Assembly (NCBI GenBank): GCA_050250255.1 | Contig: JBFWOZ010000028.1 | Location: forward strand, 1-38,623 | From: Bdellovibrionales bacterium | GTDB lineage: Bacteria > Bdellovibrionota > Bdellovibrionia > Bdellovibrionales > DASUEL01 | DNA: 38,623 bases | Reading direction: 5' to 3' | Part shown: positions 1 through 8,465 of the stretch, one piece after another | How positions within the stretch are numbered: position 1 is the stretch's first letter | How the letters are laid out: every line of letters begins with the position of its first letter | Position numbers and translations under genes: made by a program | Notes under the pieces: model-generated | Told to the model about the DNA's origin: nothing | What the model saw: only the letters and a program-made list of their open reading frames with translations | The model's database searches: none

Positions 1-213
1 CTGTTCAGAGACAGAAATTTGTTTTTCAGGGTGCGTGTAGAGATGCGAGAGGCTTGGAACACTTACCCGGTACTGCTTCGCTAATGATGTGCCTACGGCT
101 TCCCAGGTCCCTGGAGCTCCACCATAACCATGAAGAAGAAGGAGTGGTTGTCCACCAGTACCCCATTCAAAATATCGAATTTGTAAAGATCCGAGATCCG
201 CCGTCGCATTCAT
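1..213 (-). CDS. Alpha/beta-fold hydrolase, N-terminal part (runs off the window start)
   Basis: Not in the ORF track; translated by hand from ATG at 213: MNATADLGSLQIRYFEWGTGGQPLLLLHGYGGAPGTWEAVGTSLAKQYRVSVPSLSHL..., with the typical G-x-P-LLLLHG-x-G oxyanion motif, W, and YRV strand of alpha/beta hydrolases. Confidence 0.85.
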   Translation of the reverse strand, partial: MNATADLGSLQIRYFEWGTGGQPLLLLHGYGGAPGTWEAVGTSLAKQYRVSVPSLSHLYTHPEKQISVSEQ

Positions 214-222
214 GCAATCTAC

Positions 223-247
223 TTATCGGCGTTTTTGAGACACTCGA
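223..247 (-). promoter_or_regulatory. Putative sigma28 (FliA) promoter
   Basis: Minus strand TCGAG-N12-GCCGATAA. The -10 box is the exact FliA consensus and lies 9 nt upstream of the hydrolase ATG. Confidence 0.6.
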
Positions 248-266
248 TGACTGGGCTTTGGTCTTC

Positions 267-352
267 CTAAAAGGTCTCCGGGCTTTTTTTCTGGCTAGGT
301 TGCATCATTTATGAAGCGATGTAGCCAGAAAAAAGGCCCGGAGACCTTTTAG
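267..352. repeat. Long palindromic REP/REPIN-like element (family A); may also act as terminator
   Basis: 31-bp inverted arms 267-297 (CTAAAAGGTCTCCGGGCTTTTTTTCTGGCTA) and 322-352 with one mismatch, 24-nt spacer; overlaps the ferredoxin stop codon. Confidence 0.85.
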
Positions 353-882
353 TCTTCATCGTCGGGTTTTTGAGGGCCGCCTTGTTGTTGTTTGCGGCGG
401 GCGCGGATACGTTCTAGTTCGCGCTTTTGCTCTTCTTTTTCGAGAGCACGTTCGGCTTGGATACGTTTTGTGTCTTCACGGGCCATTCGATCTTTCTGTT
501 CAACCGCTTCGAAAATGATATTTCCGGTGCGCGCTTGGGTGGCGGCGGCTTCCTCTTTGGAACCACGAGGACGTTTTGTGAGCGTGTTTTGTTTTTCCAT
601 TTGTTCGGTCAAATCGATGGTCACATCCCCATAACATCTGAGCTGACAAGAAAGTCGTCGCTGATCTACGAAATAGGCCGAACCAATTAAGTTAATCTCT
701 TTGGCGGCGGGAGGGAATACGTTGTACTCCCCTTCCGTCACACGCACTCGGCATTCGGCGCAAGAAGGAACGCCCTTACATACCGATTTGATATACACAT
801 CGTTGGCGCTCGCGATATCGAGGACACTTTTATTCGGATCTGCGTCGACGACAATATTTTGGGGCATAAACTTAATTTTCAT
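349..882 (-). CDS. 2Fe-2S ferredoxin-domain protein with charged C-terminal tail
   Basis: CKGVPSCAEC...RLSCQ plant-type 2Fe-2S ligand pattern in the first ~90 aa, then an R/K/E/Q-rich helical tail. Confidence 0.88.
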   Translation of the reverse strand: MKIKFMPQNIVVDADPNKSVLDIASANDVYIKSVCKGVPSCAECRVRVTEGEYNVFPPAAKEINLIGSAYFVDQRRLSCQLRCYGDVTIDLTEQMEKQNTLTKRPRGSKEEAAATQARTGNIIFEAVEQKDRMAREDTKRIQAERALEKEEQKRELERIRARRKQQQGGPQKPDDED

Positions 883-885
883 ACT

Positions 886-2109
886 TTAACTCACTACAAT
901 CTTCGCGAATTTTTTCTTACCCGCTTTAACCACAAAACTTTCACCTGCTTTAAGCGTGAGGGAGTGTTGTGGATTTGTGATTTTCTCACCGTCAACTTCG
1001 ACGGCTTTACCTTCGATCAAACGCCTAGCTTCACTGTTAGAAGCCGCAAGCCCTGCTTGCACCATCAACGCCGTAAAACCGATTTTCTCTTGAGCCTTCA
1101 TTGAGTACTCAGGAATCTCGTCCGGCAAACCTTTATTCACAAAAATTTCTTCAAATTCCTTTAATGCGCGCTCGGCAGCTTCATTTCCGTGAAATCTGCG
1201 TACAAAAAATTGCGCGAGCTTCACCTTCGTGTCCCGAGGATGAACCGTGCCTTCAGCTAAACCTTTTTTTAATTTTTCAAAATCTGAAGAATTTAAGTCC
1301 GACAGGAGTTCATAATAACGAACCATTAGTTCATCGGAGAGTCTCATCGTTTTGCCGAACATCTCTTTGGGCGAATCTTCGACCGCGATATAGTTATTTA
1401 AACTCTTCGACATTTTCTGAACGCCATCAAGACCTTCCAAGATTGGCATCGTTAAAATGCATTGCGATTCCATCGAATATGACTTCTGCATGGATCGGCC
1501 TACGAGAAGATTAAATCTCTGATCCGTTCCACCAAGCTCCACATCGGCCTTTAGCGCGACCGAGTCATAACCTTGAACGAGAGGGTATAAAAACTCATGA
1601 ATCGAAATAGGTTGTTCGCTTTTAAATCTATTATGGAAGTCATCACGTTCCAGCATTCGCGCCACCGTATATTGGGCCGAAAGCTTAATGAAATCATAAG
1701 AAGTAAACTTATCCATCCAAGTGGAGTTGTAAGCCACTTCCGTTTTCTCAGGATCAAGAATTTTAAACACCTGGCGTGCGTAGGTTTTAGAATATTCTAT
1801 CACTTCTTCGCGGGTGAGTGCAGGACGTGTTTCATTTTTCCCGGTGGGATCTCCAATGAGCGCGGTAAAATCACCAATTAAAAAAATCACATGATGACCA
1901 AGCTCTTGGAATTGTCTCATCTTATTCATGAGGACCGTGTGCCCCAAGTGTAAGTCAGGGCGTGAAGGATCAAACCCGGCTTTAATTCTGAGAGGCGTAT
2001 TCTTCGCGTAGCTCTTCTCTAGTTTCTTGAGAAGTTCTTCGCTCGAAACGACATCGACGGCCCCACGTTGGATCAGCTTGAGCTGCTCTTTCGGTTCAAG
2101 AAAGCTCAC
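886..2109 (-). CDS. tyrS: Tyrosine--tRNA ligase
   Basis: GFDPS-x-PDLHLGH (HIGH), KMSKS, GGTDQ, C-terminal S4-like domain ending GKKKF. Confidence 0.98.
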   Translation of the reverse strand: MSFLEPKEQLKLIQRGAVDVVSSEELLKKLEKSYAKNTPLRIKAGFDPSRPDLHLGHTVLMNKMRQFQELGHHVIFLIGDFTALIGDPTGKNETRPALTREEVIEYSKTYARQVFKILDPEKTEVAYNSTWMDKFTSYDFIKLSAQYTVARMLERDDFHNRFKSEQPISIHEFLYPLVQGYDSVALKADVELGGTDQRFNLLVGRSMQKSYSMESQCILTMPILEGLDGVQKMSKSLNNYIAVEDSPKEMFGKTMRLSDELMVRYYELLSDLNSSDFEKLKKGLAEGTVHPRDTKVKLAQFFVRRFHGNEAAERALKEFEEIFVNKGLPDEIPEYSMKAQEKIGFTALMVQAGLAASNSEARRLIEGKAVEVDGEKITNPQHSLTLKAGESFVVKAGKKKFAKIVVS

Positions 2110-2111
2110 AA

Positions 2112-3689
2112 CTACCTTGCGTGCTCAATAGCGCGTGTTTCACGAATCACCGTCACCTTGATTTGGCCTGGGTAATTCATCTCTTTTTCGATCTTACGTG
2201 CGATATCACGGCTGAGCATGAGCGACTGTTCATCGGTCACCTTGCTACCTTCTACAAGAACGCGAATTTCGCGGCCTGCTTGAAGTGCAAAAGTTCGCAC
2301 GACACCATCAAAGCTATTTCCGATGGATTCGAGATCTTCAAGTCTACGAACGTAAGTTTCCATTGTTTGTCGGCGCGCGCCTGGGCGAGCACCCGAGAGA
2401 GCATCGGCCGCAGTTGTAAGGTAAGCGTAAACGGAATTTGGTTTTTCATCTTCGTGATGGGCTGCAATCGCGTGAACTACTTGCGGAGACTCCCCGTGTT
2501 TACGAGCAAACTCTGCACCGATCACCGCGTGACTTCCCTCTACGCTATGATCAAGAGCTTTACCAATGTCGTGGAGGAGGCCCGCACGACGAGCGATCAT
2601 GACATCAGCGCCAAGTTCGGCGGCCATCATTCCGGCGAGAAATCCACACTCGATGGAGTGGGAATAGTTATTTTGTGTATAGGAAGTTCGGTACTTCAAA
2701 CTTCCAATGAGTTTCATGATTTCGGGATTCACACCGGTGATGCCGAGATCAGCACAGGCTTTCTCTCCGTCTATTTGAATGGATTTAAAAAGTTCTGATT
2801 TCACTTTATCAATGACTTCTTCGATACGAGTAGGATGGATACGTCCATCTTCCATTAATTTTTCAAGAGAACGTCTGGCAACTTCACGGCGAACCGGATC
2901 AAATCCCGAGATCACCACGGCTTCTGGAGTTTCATCGATAATGAGATCCACACCACAAGCGGCTTCAAGAGCTCGGATGTTACGACCTTCACGACCAATG
3001 ATCTTTCCCTTCATCTCTTCGCTTGGTAGATCCACGACACTCACGCTTCGCTCGGTGACATATTCCCCGCTGTAACGAGAAATCGCCATGCTGATGATGC
3101 GTTTTGCTTTTTTCTCAGCTTCTTCTCTGGCTTCCGCTTCAATGCTAATCGCTTTTCGAGAAGCTTCAATGTGCGCTTCTTTCTCCACTGCCTGTACGAG
3201 CTGTCTCTTCGCTTCTTCTGCCGACATTGCAGAAGCGCGCTCGAGCTTTGCTTTTAATTCTTCGAGAGTGCTTTGAACCTTCACCTCACCCTCTTGAATT
3301 TTACCTTCAAGAATTCGAAGCTTTTCGTCTTTCTCTTTTAATTCGCCCATGCGCTGTTCAAGCTGGCGATTTTTTTGCTGAAAAGTCTGGTCGAGATTTC
3401 TCTCTTTATCTTTCCAAGATTTTTCCTGCTGCTGAAGATTGTTTTTTTGCTTTTGAAGATCCTGCTCGACATTTTTACGAGCTTTCGTTTCAAAATCTTT
3501 TGCACGATTCTTAGAGTCTCGGTCAATTCGAGCCGCCTCTTGCTGTGCTTTTAATAAAATCTGTTCGGCCTCTGATCTAGCATGGCGCGCTTGTTTCTTT
3601 TTCTTCATTTGTTGTAGAAACTTAAAACCACCAGCACCTACTGCCAATCCAACCACGGCAAATATAAGACTCATCACTAATCCGTCCAT
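2112..3689 (-). CDS. rny: Ribonuclease Y
   Basis: N-terminal TM helix, coiled coil, KH domain ([13 protein letters not shown]), HD domain (LLHDIGK), C-terminal [12 protein letters not shown]. Confidence 0.98.
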   Translation of the reverse strand: MDGLVMSLIFAVVGLAVGAGGFKFLQQMKKKKQARHARSEAEQILLKAQQEAARIDRDSKNRAKDFETKARKNVEQDLQKQKNNLQQQEKSWKDKERNLDQTFQQKNRQLEQRMGELKEKDEKLRILEGKIQEGEVKVQSTLEELKAKLERASAMSAEEAKRQLVQAVEKEAHIEASRKAISIEAEAREEAEKKAKRIISMAISRYSGEYVTERSVSVVDLPSEEMKGKIIGREGRNIRALEAACGVDLIIDETPEAVVISGFDPVRREVARRSLEKLMEDGRIHPTRIEEVIDKVKSELFKSIQIDGEKACADLGITGVNPEIMKLIGSLKYRTSYTQNNYSHSIECGFLAGMMAAELGADVMIARRAGLLHDIGKALDHSVEGSHAVIGAEFARKHGESPQVVHAIAAHHEDEKPNSVYAYLTTAADALSGARPGARRQTMETYVRRLEDLESIGNSFDGVVRTFALQAGREIRVLVEGSKVTDEQSLMLSRDIARKIEKEMNYPGQIKVTVIRETRAIEHAR

Positions 3690-3697
3690 AAGGACAC

Positions 3698-4252
3698 TTA
3701 TCCTTTCGGTAACCGCATCACCCTTTTTTCGGTTACAACAAATTGCATTGGAACATCGTGACTCTCGCGAGGTAAATCCTCTAGCGAAAGCTGTGACTCA
3801 TAGGCCACGCCCACACGATATCCTTTAAAAGTTTCTAGAGCGCGATCGTAAAACCCTTTACCCGAACCGAGTCGCGTTCCATTTTTGTCAAAAGCAAGCC
3901 CTGGGATGAGAGCGCCTTCGGCATCGTTAACAGAAACCTCATCCGATTTTGCGGGATCGGGCTCCAGCAAACCCCATGGTCCTTGAGACCAGGAATCTTC
4001 AGAATGAGGCACATAAAATTTAAGGGAAGGCCCAAAGACTTTTGGGTAGGCCCAACGCCCACCTAATTGATCAACCCCCTCTTGAGGGTTGGCTTCAGAT
4101 TGAGAGGCTCGGTAAGAAAGCCAAAGTGCTTTCTCAGAGCGAATCTCACGTAGAAGCTCACATAAAGACGAAGTCACGCTAGAGCGCGGCTGTGCCGTAC
4201 GCTTTTGGCGAAACACATCTCTTAGGTTTTGTTTGAGCTCTTGTTGAGCCAC
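3698..4252 (-). CDS. ygfA: 5-formyltetrahydrofolate cyclo-ligase
   Basis: PGLAFD-x-NGTRLGSGKGFYDR and ESHDVPM motifs; sits between zapA and rny as usual for this family. Confidence 0.93.
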   Translation of the reverse strand: MAQQELKQNLRDVFRQKRTAQPRSSVTSSLCELLREIRSEKALWLSYRASQSEANPQEGVDQLGGRWAYPKVFGPSLKFYVPHSEDSWSQGPWGLLEPDPAKSDEVSVNDAEGALIPGLAFDKNGTRLGSGKGFYDRALETFKGYRVGVAYESQLSLEDLPRESHDVPMQFVVTEKRVMRLPKG

Positions 4253-4289
4253 ATCTTCCCTTTCACATCACTTCCAAGAACTTAGACTT

Positions 4290-4754
4290 TTAATTATCTA
4301 AGCGACTTGGGCCCTGGGAAGATTCAAGCTCTAAGATGACCTTTTTGGCTTTGGTCTCGAGACGTTCGATCTCACCTACAGCTCGTTTTTTGAGCATGAT
4401 AAGTTCTTCGGCGAGGTTGAGACATGCCAGAAAAGCGGCGTTTTGAAGAGATCCACTTTTGGTAGCGCGAAGTGCTTCGCTTACCTTTTGATCAACATAA
4501 TCAATCAGTTGATTGACTGTCTTATCATCGTGAGTGGTTTTGAGTTTCATGTGCAAACCACCCAAGAGGACTTCATAAACATTCTTAGTATTATTCGATC
4601 CAGAAGTTTCGGTGCTACGACCAGTTAATTGAATGAGTCTTTGAGACTCATGAGTCGAAGTAGCACCAGAGGAGCCACGAGATTCATCGGCTGATTGGCC
4701 GGCAGTAGCTTGTTCTGGTTTCTGCTTGTTCAGCAGTTCATTTGATTTATTCAT
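4290..4754 (-). CDS. zapA: Cell division protein ZapA with ~55-aa low-complexity N-terminal extension
   Basis: YEVLLGG...YVDQKV...AFLACLNLAEEL ZapA core followed by coiled coil; adjacent to ygfA. Confidence 0.85.
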   Translation of the reverse strand: MNKSNELLNKQKPEQATAGQSADESRGSSGATSTHESQRLIQLTGRSTETSGSNNTKNVYEVLLGGLHMKLKTTHDDKTVNQLIDYVDQKVSEALRATKSGSLQNAAFLACLNLAEELIMLKKRAVGEIERLETKAKKVILELESSQGPSRLDN

Positions 4755-4872
4755 GAATGAACTTTGATGCTTTACTTGCGCGCAGTATTAACTAGCGCGC
4801 ACGCATCTTCCCTATACCTAAAACATTGTCACGACTTGTTAATTTGGTCAACTTTTGAAAGGTCTTAAGGGC

Positions 4873-6522
4873 TTAAGACCCTTGCTTATGACGCAATGAA
4901 CCTGAAGGCTGGGTGGGCTTCTCTTCGGCCAAAATTCCGTAGGCATGGTTGGTAAAAAGACCAGCAATTCGACGGTAGTCGCTCAGAATCTCAAGATGGA
5001 TGGAACTGGTGTTGATACTTGCCTTGAGACCTCGGTTGAGTCGACTTAAGTGGGATTCACGAAAGCGTCTTTCAACAACTCTGAGGTGACGTTTTTTCTG
5101 AAGCATCTCTTCGGCCAGAGCTTTATCGTGAAGTTGAATAGCACTCAGAGAGACTCTTATGATATCCAAGACGGACTCATGAATTTGTTGTAACTCCACC
5201 CATCCTTGCGGGCTGAACTCGAGCTGAAGCGTGTGTTTTTTCTCGCTCAAAACAATAAGATTTTTATCCACTATGTCGGCAGCACTTTCGATATCGGTAA
5301 CAAAAGAGAGAAGTTCCAACGTCTGGTGATTAAATTCTCCCCCTTCACCCGCCTGTTTTACCAGGAAGGATTTAATCTCGCGGAAGAGATGATCCACTTT
5401 ATTGTCGCGACTTCTGAGATCATCCATCAAATCTGGATTTTTACTTTCAAAAAGTTTGATCGAATCATAAACCATGGTGTTTACGATATCTGCCATGCGA
5501 AGAGATTCGCGAACGGATTGTGCGTAAGCAATCGTCGTTGCCACTCCTGTATCTTGAGGAATAAATTGCGTACTGAATTCTTTTTCGTCTTCCCTGGGTG
5601 GAAAGAATTTTTCAATGAGCCGAACACCCTGATGAATAAAAGGGTAATAGAGAATCGCCGAAATCACATTGAACATCGTATGAGAGTTCGCAAGCGCACG
5701 ACTGGGATTTGAGTCTAAGGAGAGCATCCACTCCGCAAAGCCCTGAGTGATAAAAAGAAAAAGAATCACACTACCGACTTTGTAAAAGAAATGCGCCCAC
5801 GCCACTTGGCGTCCGATATGGTTACCACCAACCGCCACAAGAAGAGCCGTTGCGGTCGTACCGATGTTCGCGCCATAAATCCAGTACATGGCATCGTGAA
5901 CCCCGATGAGTCCACTACTCGCAAGAGTCATGGCAAAACCGATCACCACCGCACTAGAGTGAACAAAGCCCGTGATCAGAGAGGTGATTAGGATCGCGAG
6001 AATAGGTTGCCCTTTGAGAGAATCAAGAACCTGCATGAATTCAGGAATTTCTTTAAATTGAGCGGTCGCAGAACTCATGAGTTCCAAGCCGTAGAAGATG
6101 AGGCCGAAACCAATAAACACACCAGAAATATTTTTAAGAATACGTTGTTTGGTAATAAAAAAGACCGAGAACGCGACCAGAAAAACCGTAAGCCCCCACT
6201 GCGCAAGATTAAAGCTGATGATCTGTACGGTGAGTGTGCTACCAATCGCTGAACCGATGATCACACCCATCACTTGCGTGAGGTTGATCACACCCGCCGA
6301 CCCAAGGCTTACGAGCATGCACGTCACCGCCCCAGAACTTTGCAAAAGAATCGTAAGCGCTATCCCCACCGCGATCCCTAGAAACTGGCGATCCTGCAAA
6401 CTGTTCATGAGTTGGCGCACGCGATTGGCCGCTAATTTTTGAAGATAATCAGAGGCGAGATTCATGCCGTACAAAAAAAACGCAACGCCTGCAAAGAGGT
6501 AAATCAAGTGAGAGTGTTCCAC
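4873..6522 (-). CDS. Na/Pi cotransporter family protein with C-terminal PhoU-like domains
   Basis: QSSGA and HSSAV repeats, GSAIGST and GANIGTT motifs, many TM helices, soluble tail with DIESAAD and SSIHLEILSDYRRI. Confidence 0.93.
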   Translation of the reverse strand: MEHSHLIYLFAGVAFFLYGMNLASDYLQKLAANRVRQLMNSLQDRQFLGIAVGIALTILLQSSGAVTCMLVSLGSAGVINLTQVMGVIIGSAIGSTLTVQIISFNLAQWGLTVFLVAFSVFFITKQRILKNISGVFIGFGLIFYGLELMSSATAQFKEIPEFMQVLDSLKGQPILAILITSLITGFVHSSAVVIGFAMTLASSGLIGVHDAMYWIYGANIGTTATALLVAVGGNHIGRQVAWAHFFYKVGSVILFLFITQGFAEWMLSLDSNPSRALANSHTMFNVISAILYYPFIHQGVRLIEKFFPPREDEKEFSTQFIPQDTGVATTIAYAQSVRESLRMADIVNTMVYDSIKLFESKNPDLMDDLRSRDNKVDHLFREIKSFLVKQAGEGGEFNHQTLELLSFVTDIESAADIVDKNLIVLSEKKHTLQLEFSPQGWVELQQIHESVLDIIRVSLSAIQLHDKALAEEMLQKKRHLRVVERRFRESHLSRLNRGLKASINTSSIHLEILSDYRRIAGLFTNHAYGILAEEKPTQPSGSLRHKQGS

Positions 6523-6529
6523 TCTTTTA

Positions 6530-6556
6530 TTTTCGGTAAAAAGTACGGTGTTATTA
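6530..6556 (-). promoter_or_regulatory. Putative sigma28-like promoter
   Basis: Minus strand TAATA-N14-ACCGAAAA, 7 nt upstream of the GTG start; no Shine-Dalgarno. Confidence 0.35.
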
Positions 6557-6618
6557 AGATGTTATTAGCAGAGCTGGTCGAAAGACTAGCTCTTAATGAA
6601 GCCGTTCGAAATACAACT

Positions 6619-7683
6619 TTATTTGTATTTTGACTTCCGTTCCCTCTCGAGCAATTCCCTCATTTTTTGTCTCATCCAAAGATTTTGCTGTTCTTTCGTA
6701 AGACCCACTGGTGAATCGATCTCATATTTATATCTTAACTTTACCGGAAACTCATCTGGCACCTGAATAGGATGTGCCATAAAAGATTGAATAAGTTCTT
6801 GCCCTCGATCAAATACCACGAGCTCCACTTCCAATCCAAAAGATGTTAAAGCCTCTCGAGATAAACCTTGGTATGGATCATTTATAGAATTATAGGTATC
6901 AATAGATAATAATCCTAAATGGTAAAGTTTTTCGAGTTCAGCACGGGGTATTTTAAATAAGACTGGTTTATAACCGTAGTTCCCAAATTCAAAATAATTA
7001 AGTGCAAACGCTGTTCGGCGTGAGATGGACATAGTCCTCCCCAGACCGCCCAGTCCATGTGATTCTATTTCATTCAATTTTCCTTGTGACCAGAGCTCAA
7101 GCTCTTCTTGAGTCATGACACGCGAAAGAACAACTGTTTCTGGCAAACTCATCAAGATTAAATGAGTTTGATCCATAATATGAATTTCATTTTGCCCATC
7201 TACATAGACCATTTTAATAGGCCGACGATCCTTTGACCTTTGTGTAAAATCATAAGACTCATCAAAAAATACCGCCTGTCCATTAGTTCGCAACCTTATC
7301 GGTGTGCTACTAGAAAACTCTCTCCCACTTTCTATGTATGCAACCACAATGGGATAATGAGGGTGGCCCTCTTCAAACTCCAATCTCGCTAAACGCCAAG
7401 GACCTTCCACGAAGCTCTTCTCAAGAGCCAAGGGATTTTCCTTTAATAAGGTTTCAACCATTTTCAGTAAAAGTGGTGATGTTAGTTGTGCCGTCAATTC
7501 CTCCCGAGATATACTTTTGTATATCACTTCATATCCGGGCGGCTTGGCTACAAGGGGAGGACCGCAGCCTGGCTGGGCCCTAGTGGCGAAGGAGCTACTG
7601 GGAGCAAAGCTCATAGTGACAAAAAGTGTTAGCCACATGAAGAAACACTTATCTTTTATAACTCCAATAAATTGATTCACCAT
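6619..7683 (-). CDS. Hypothetical secreted protein
   Basis: 354-aa ORF with signal-peptide-like N-terminus (FFMWLTLFVTMSFAPSSSFA); looks AT-richer than the housekeeping neighbours; no family recognised with confidence. Confidence 0.75.
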   Translation of the reverse strand: MVNQFIGVIKDKCFFMWLTLFVTMSFAPSSSFATRAQPGCGPPLVAKPPGYEVIYKSISREELTAQLTSPLLLKMVETLLKENPLALEKSFVEGPWRLARLEFEEGHPHYPIVVAYIESGREFSSSTPIRLRTNGQAVFFDESYDFTQRSKDRRPIKMVYVDGQNEIHIMDQTHLILMSLPETVVLSRVMTQEELELWSQGKLNEIESHGLGGLGRTMSISRRTAFALNYFEFGNYGYKPVLFKIPRAELEKLYHLGLLSIDTYNSINDPYQGLSREALTSFGLEVELVVFDRGQELIQSFMAHPIQVPDEFPVKLRYKYEIDSPVGLTKEQQNLWMRQKMRELLERERKSKYK

Positions 7684-7698
7684 CTATTGGTTGTTATT

Positions 7699-7714
7699 AG
7701 CAAAAATGACGCCC
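7699..7714 (-). promoter_or_regulatory. Possible sigma54 promoter
   Basis: Minus strand GGGCGT-CATTT-TTGCT: GG/GC dinucleotides at the correct -24/-12 spacing. Confidence 0.4.
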
Positions 7715-7739
7715 TCGACTTGACCGAACGACGCAGTTA

Positions 7740-8087
7740 TCAATTTAAATCAAAAATCGTTTTTAGACCGGCATCCACCGCTAAAAGTTTTTCATTTGAG
7801 AGAGTTCCGATTTTCTCTTCGATGTAAGTTCGATCAAGAGTGTGAATTTGCGAGAAATTGATCACGCTTGCCTTGGGAATCCCCGACTCCCCCTTAAAAA
7901 GTCGAACATTTCCTGGCAAAGATTCATACTTTAAGTTTGAAGTAATCACCGAGACTATCACCGTGCCAATACGGCTTAAATTAAACGCATCGCTTTGAAT
8001 CACAAGTGCGGGTCTTCGACCTGCGGGCTCTGAGCCACGAGGTGGTGGTAGTTGAACCCATACCAAATCGCCTTTTCGTACTACCAC
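7740..8087 (-). CDS. mazF: Type II toxin, PemK/MazF family endoribonuclease
   Basis: VVRKGDLVWV, GSEPAGRRPALVIQSD-x-FN, ITSN, SQIHTLDR. Start set at GTG 8087 (GGAG upstream), overlapping the antitoxin stop. Confidence 0.95.
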   Translation of the reverse strand: MVVRKGDLVWVQLPPPRGSEPAGRRPALVIQSDAFNLSRIGTVIVSVITSNLKYESLPGNVRLFKGESGIPKASVINFSQIHTLDRTYIEEKIGTLSNEKLLAVDAGLKTIFDLN

Positions 8088-8341
8088 TCCCAATCTCCAT
8101 ATTTTTTCTCAATAGAACGCACGAAGAGCTGTGAGGTTGCTTGTTGTTCATACTCCACGTTCTTATCTTTAAATAAGAGATTGATTTGCCTTCTTATTTC
8201 TTCCTGCCCTGAGGCATGAGTCACCGTTTGCAAAATTTCGGCGATAAAACCACTCCGCGTGGTTCGACGCTTTTTTGCAAGCGCATCGACCTTTTTAATA
8301 ACGTCTTCAGGGATAGAAATAGCAATTTTTCGCACAGCCAT
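8081..8341 (-). CDS. Ribbon-helix-helix (CopG/MazE-like) antitoxin
   Basis: MAVRKIAISIPEDVIKKVDALAKKRRTTRSGFI RHH pattern, acidic W-x-W end; GAGG RBS before ATG 8341; directly upstream of mazF. Confidence 0.9.
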   Translation of the reverse strand: MAVRKIAISIPEDVIKKVDALAKKRRTTRSGFIAEILQTVTHASGQEEIRRQINLLFKDKNVEYEQQATSQLFVRSIEKKYGDWEW

Positions 8342-8351
8342 AAAACCTCGC

Positions 8352-8395
8352 TTGGTATTCCAAATTATAATACCAAAAGTCATACCAAGTAGCAA
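8352..8395 (-). promoter_or_regulatory. TA operon sigma70 promoter with overlapping operator repeats
   Basis: Minus strand TTGCTA-N17-TATTAT with TG extension. Three TTGGTAT boxes, two forming an inverted repeat TTGGTATT-N9-AATACCAA across the -10 region. Confidence 0.7.
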
Positions 8396-8465
8396 GTAAT
8401 GGCTCATTAGGCATAGGGTTGAAGCTTGAGTGTTTGCAAAGCCAATTTTTTCCTTAGCGATGAAC

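Noticed and set aside
54..314. + strand 86-aa ORF from the track
   Set aside because: It is antisense to a clear alpha/beta hydrolase start (1-213, minus) and runs through a palindromic repeat.
4776..4801. GCGCGC-AGT-ATTA-ACT-A-GCGCGC hairpin upstream of zapA as a 6S RNA remnant
   Set aside because: Far too short and on the wrong side of zapA; at most a 5'-UTR hairpin or weak terminator.
8342..8407. N-terminal extension of the antitoxin in the ORF track
   Set aside because: It overlaps the promoter/operator; the RBS-supported start is ATG 8341.
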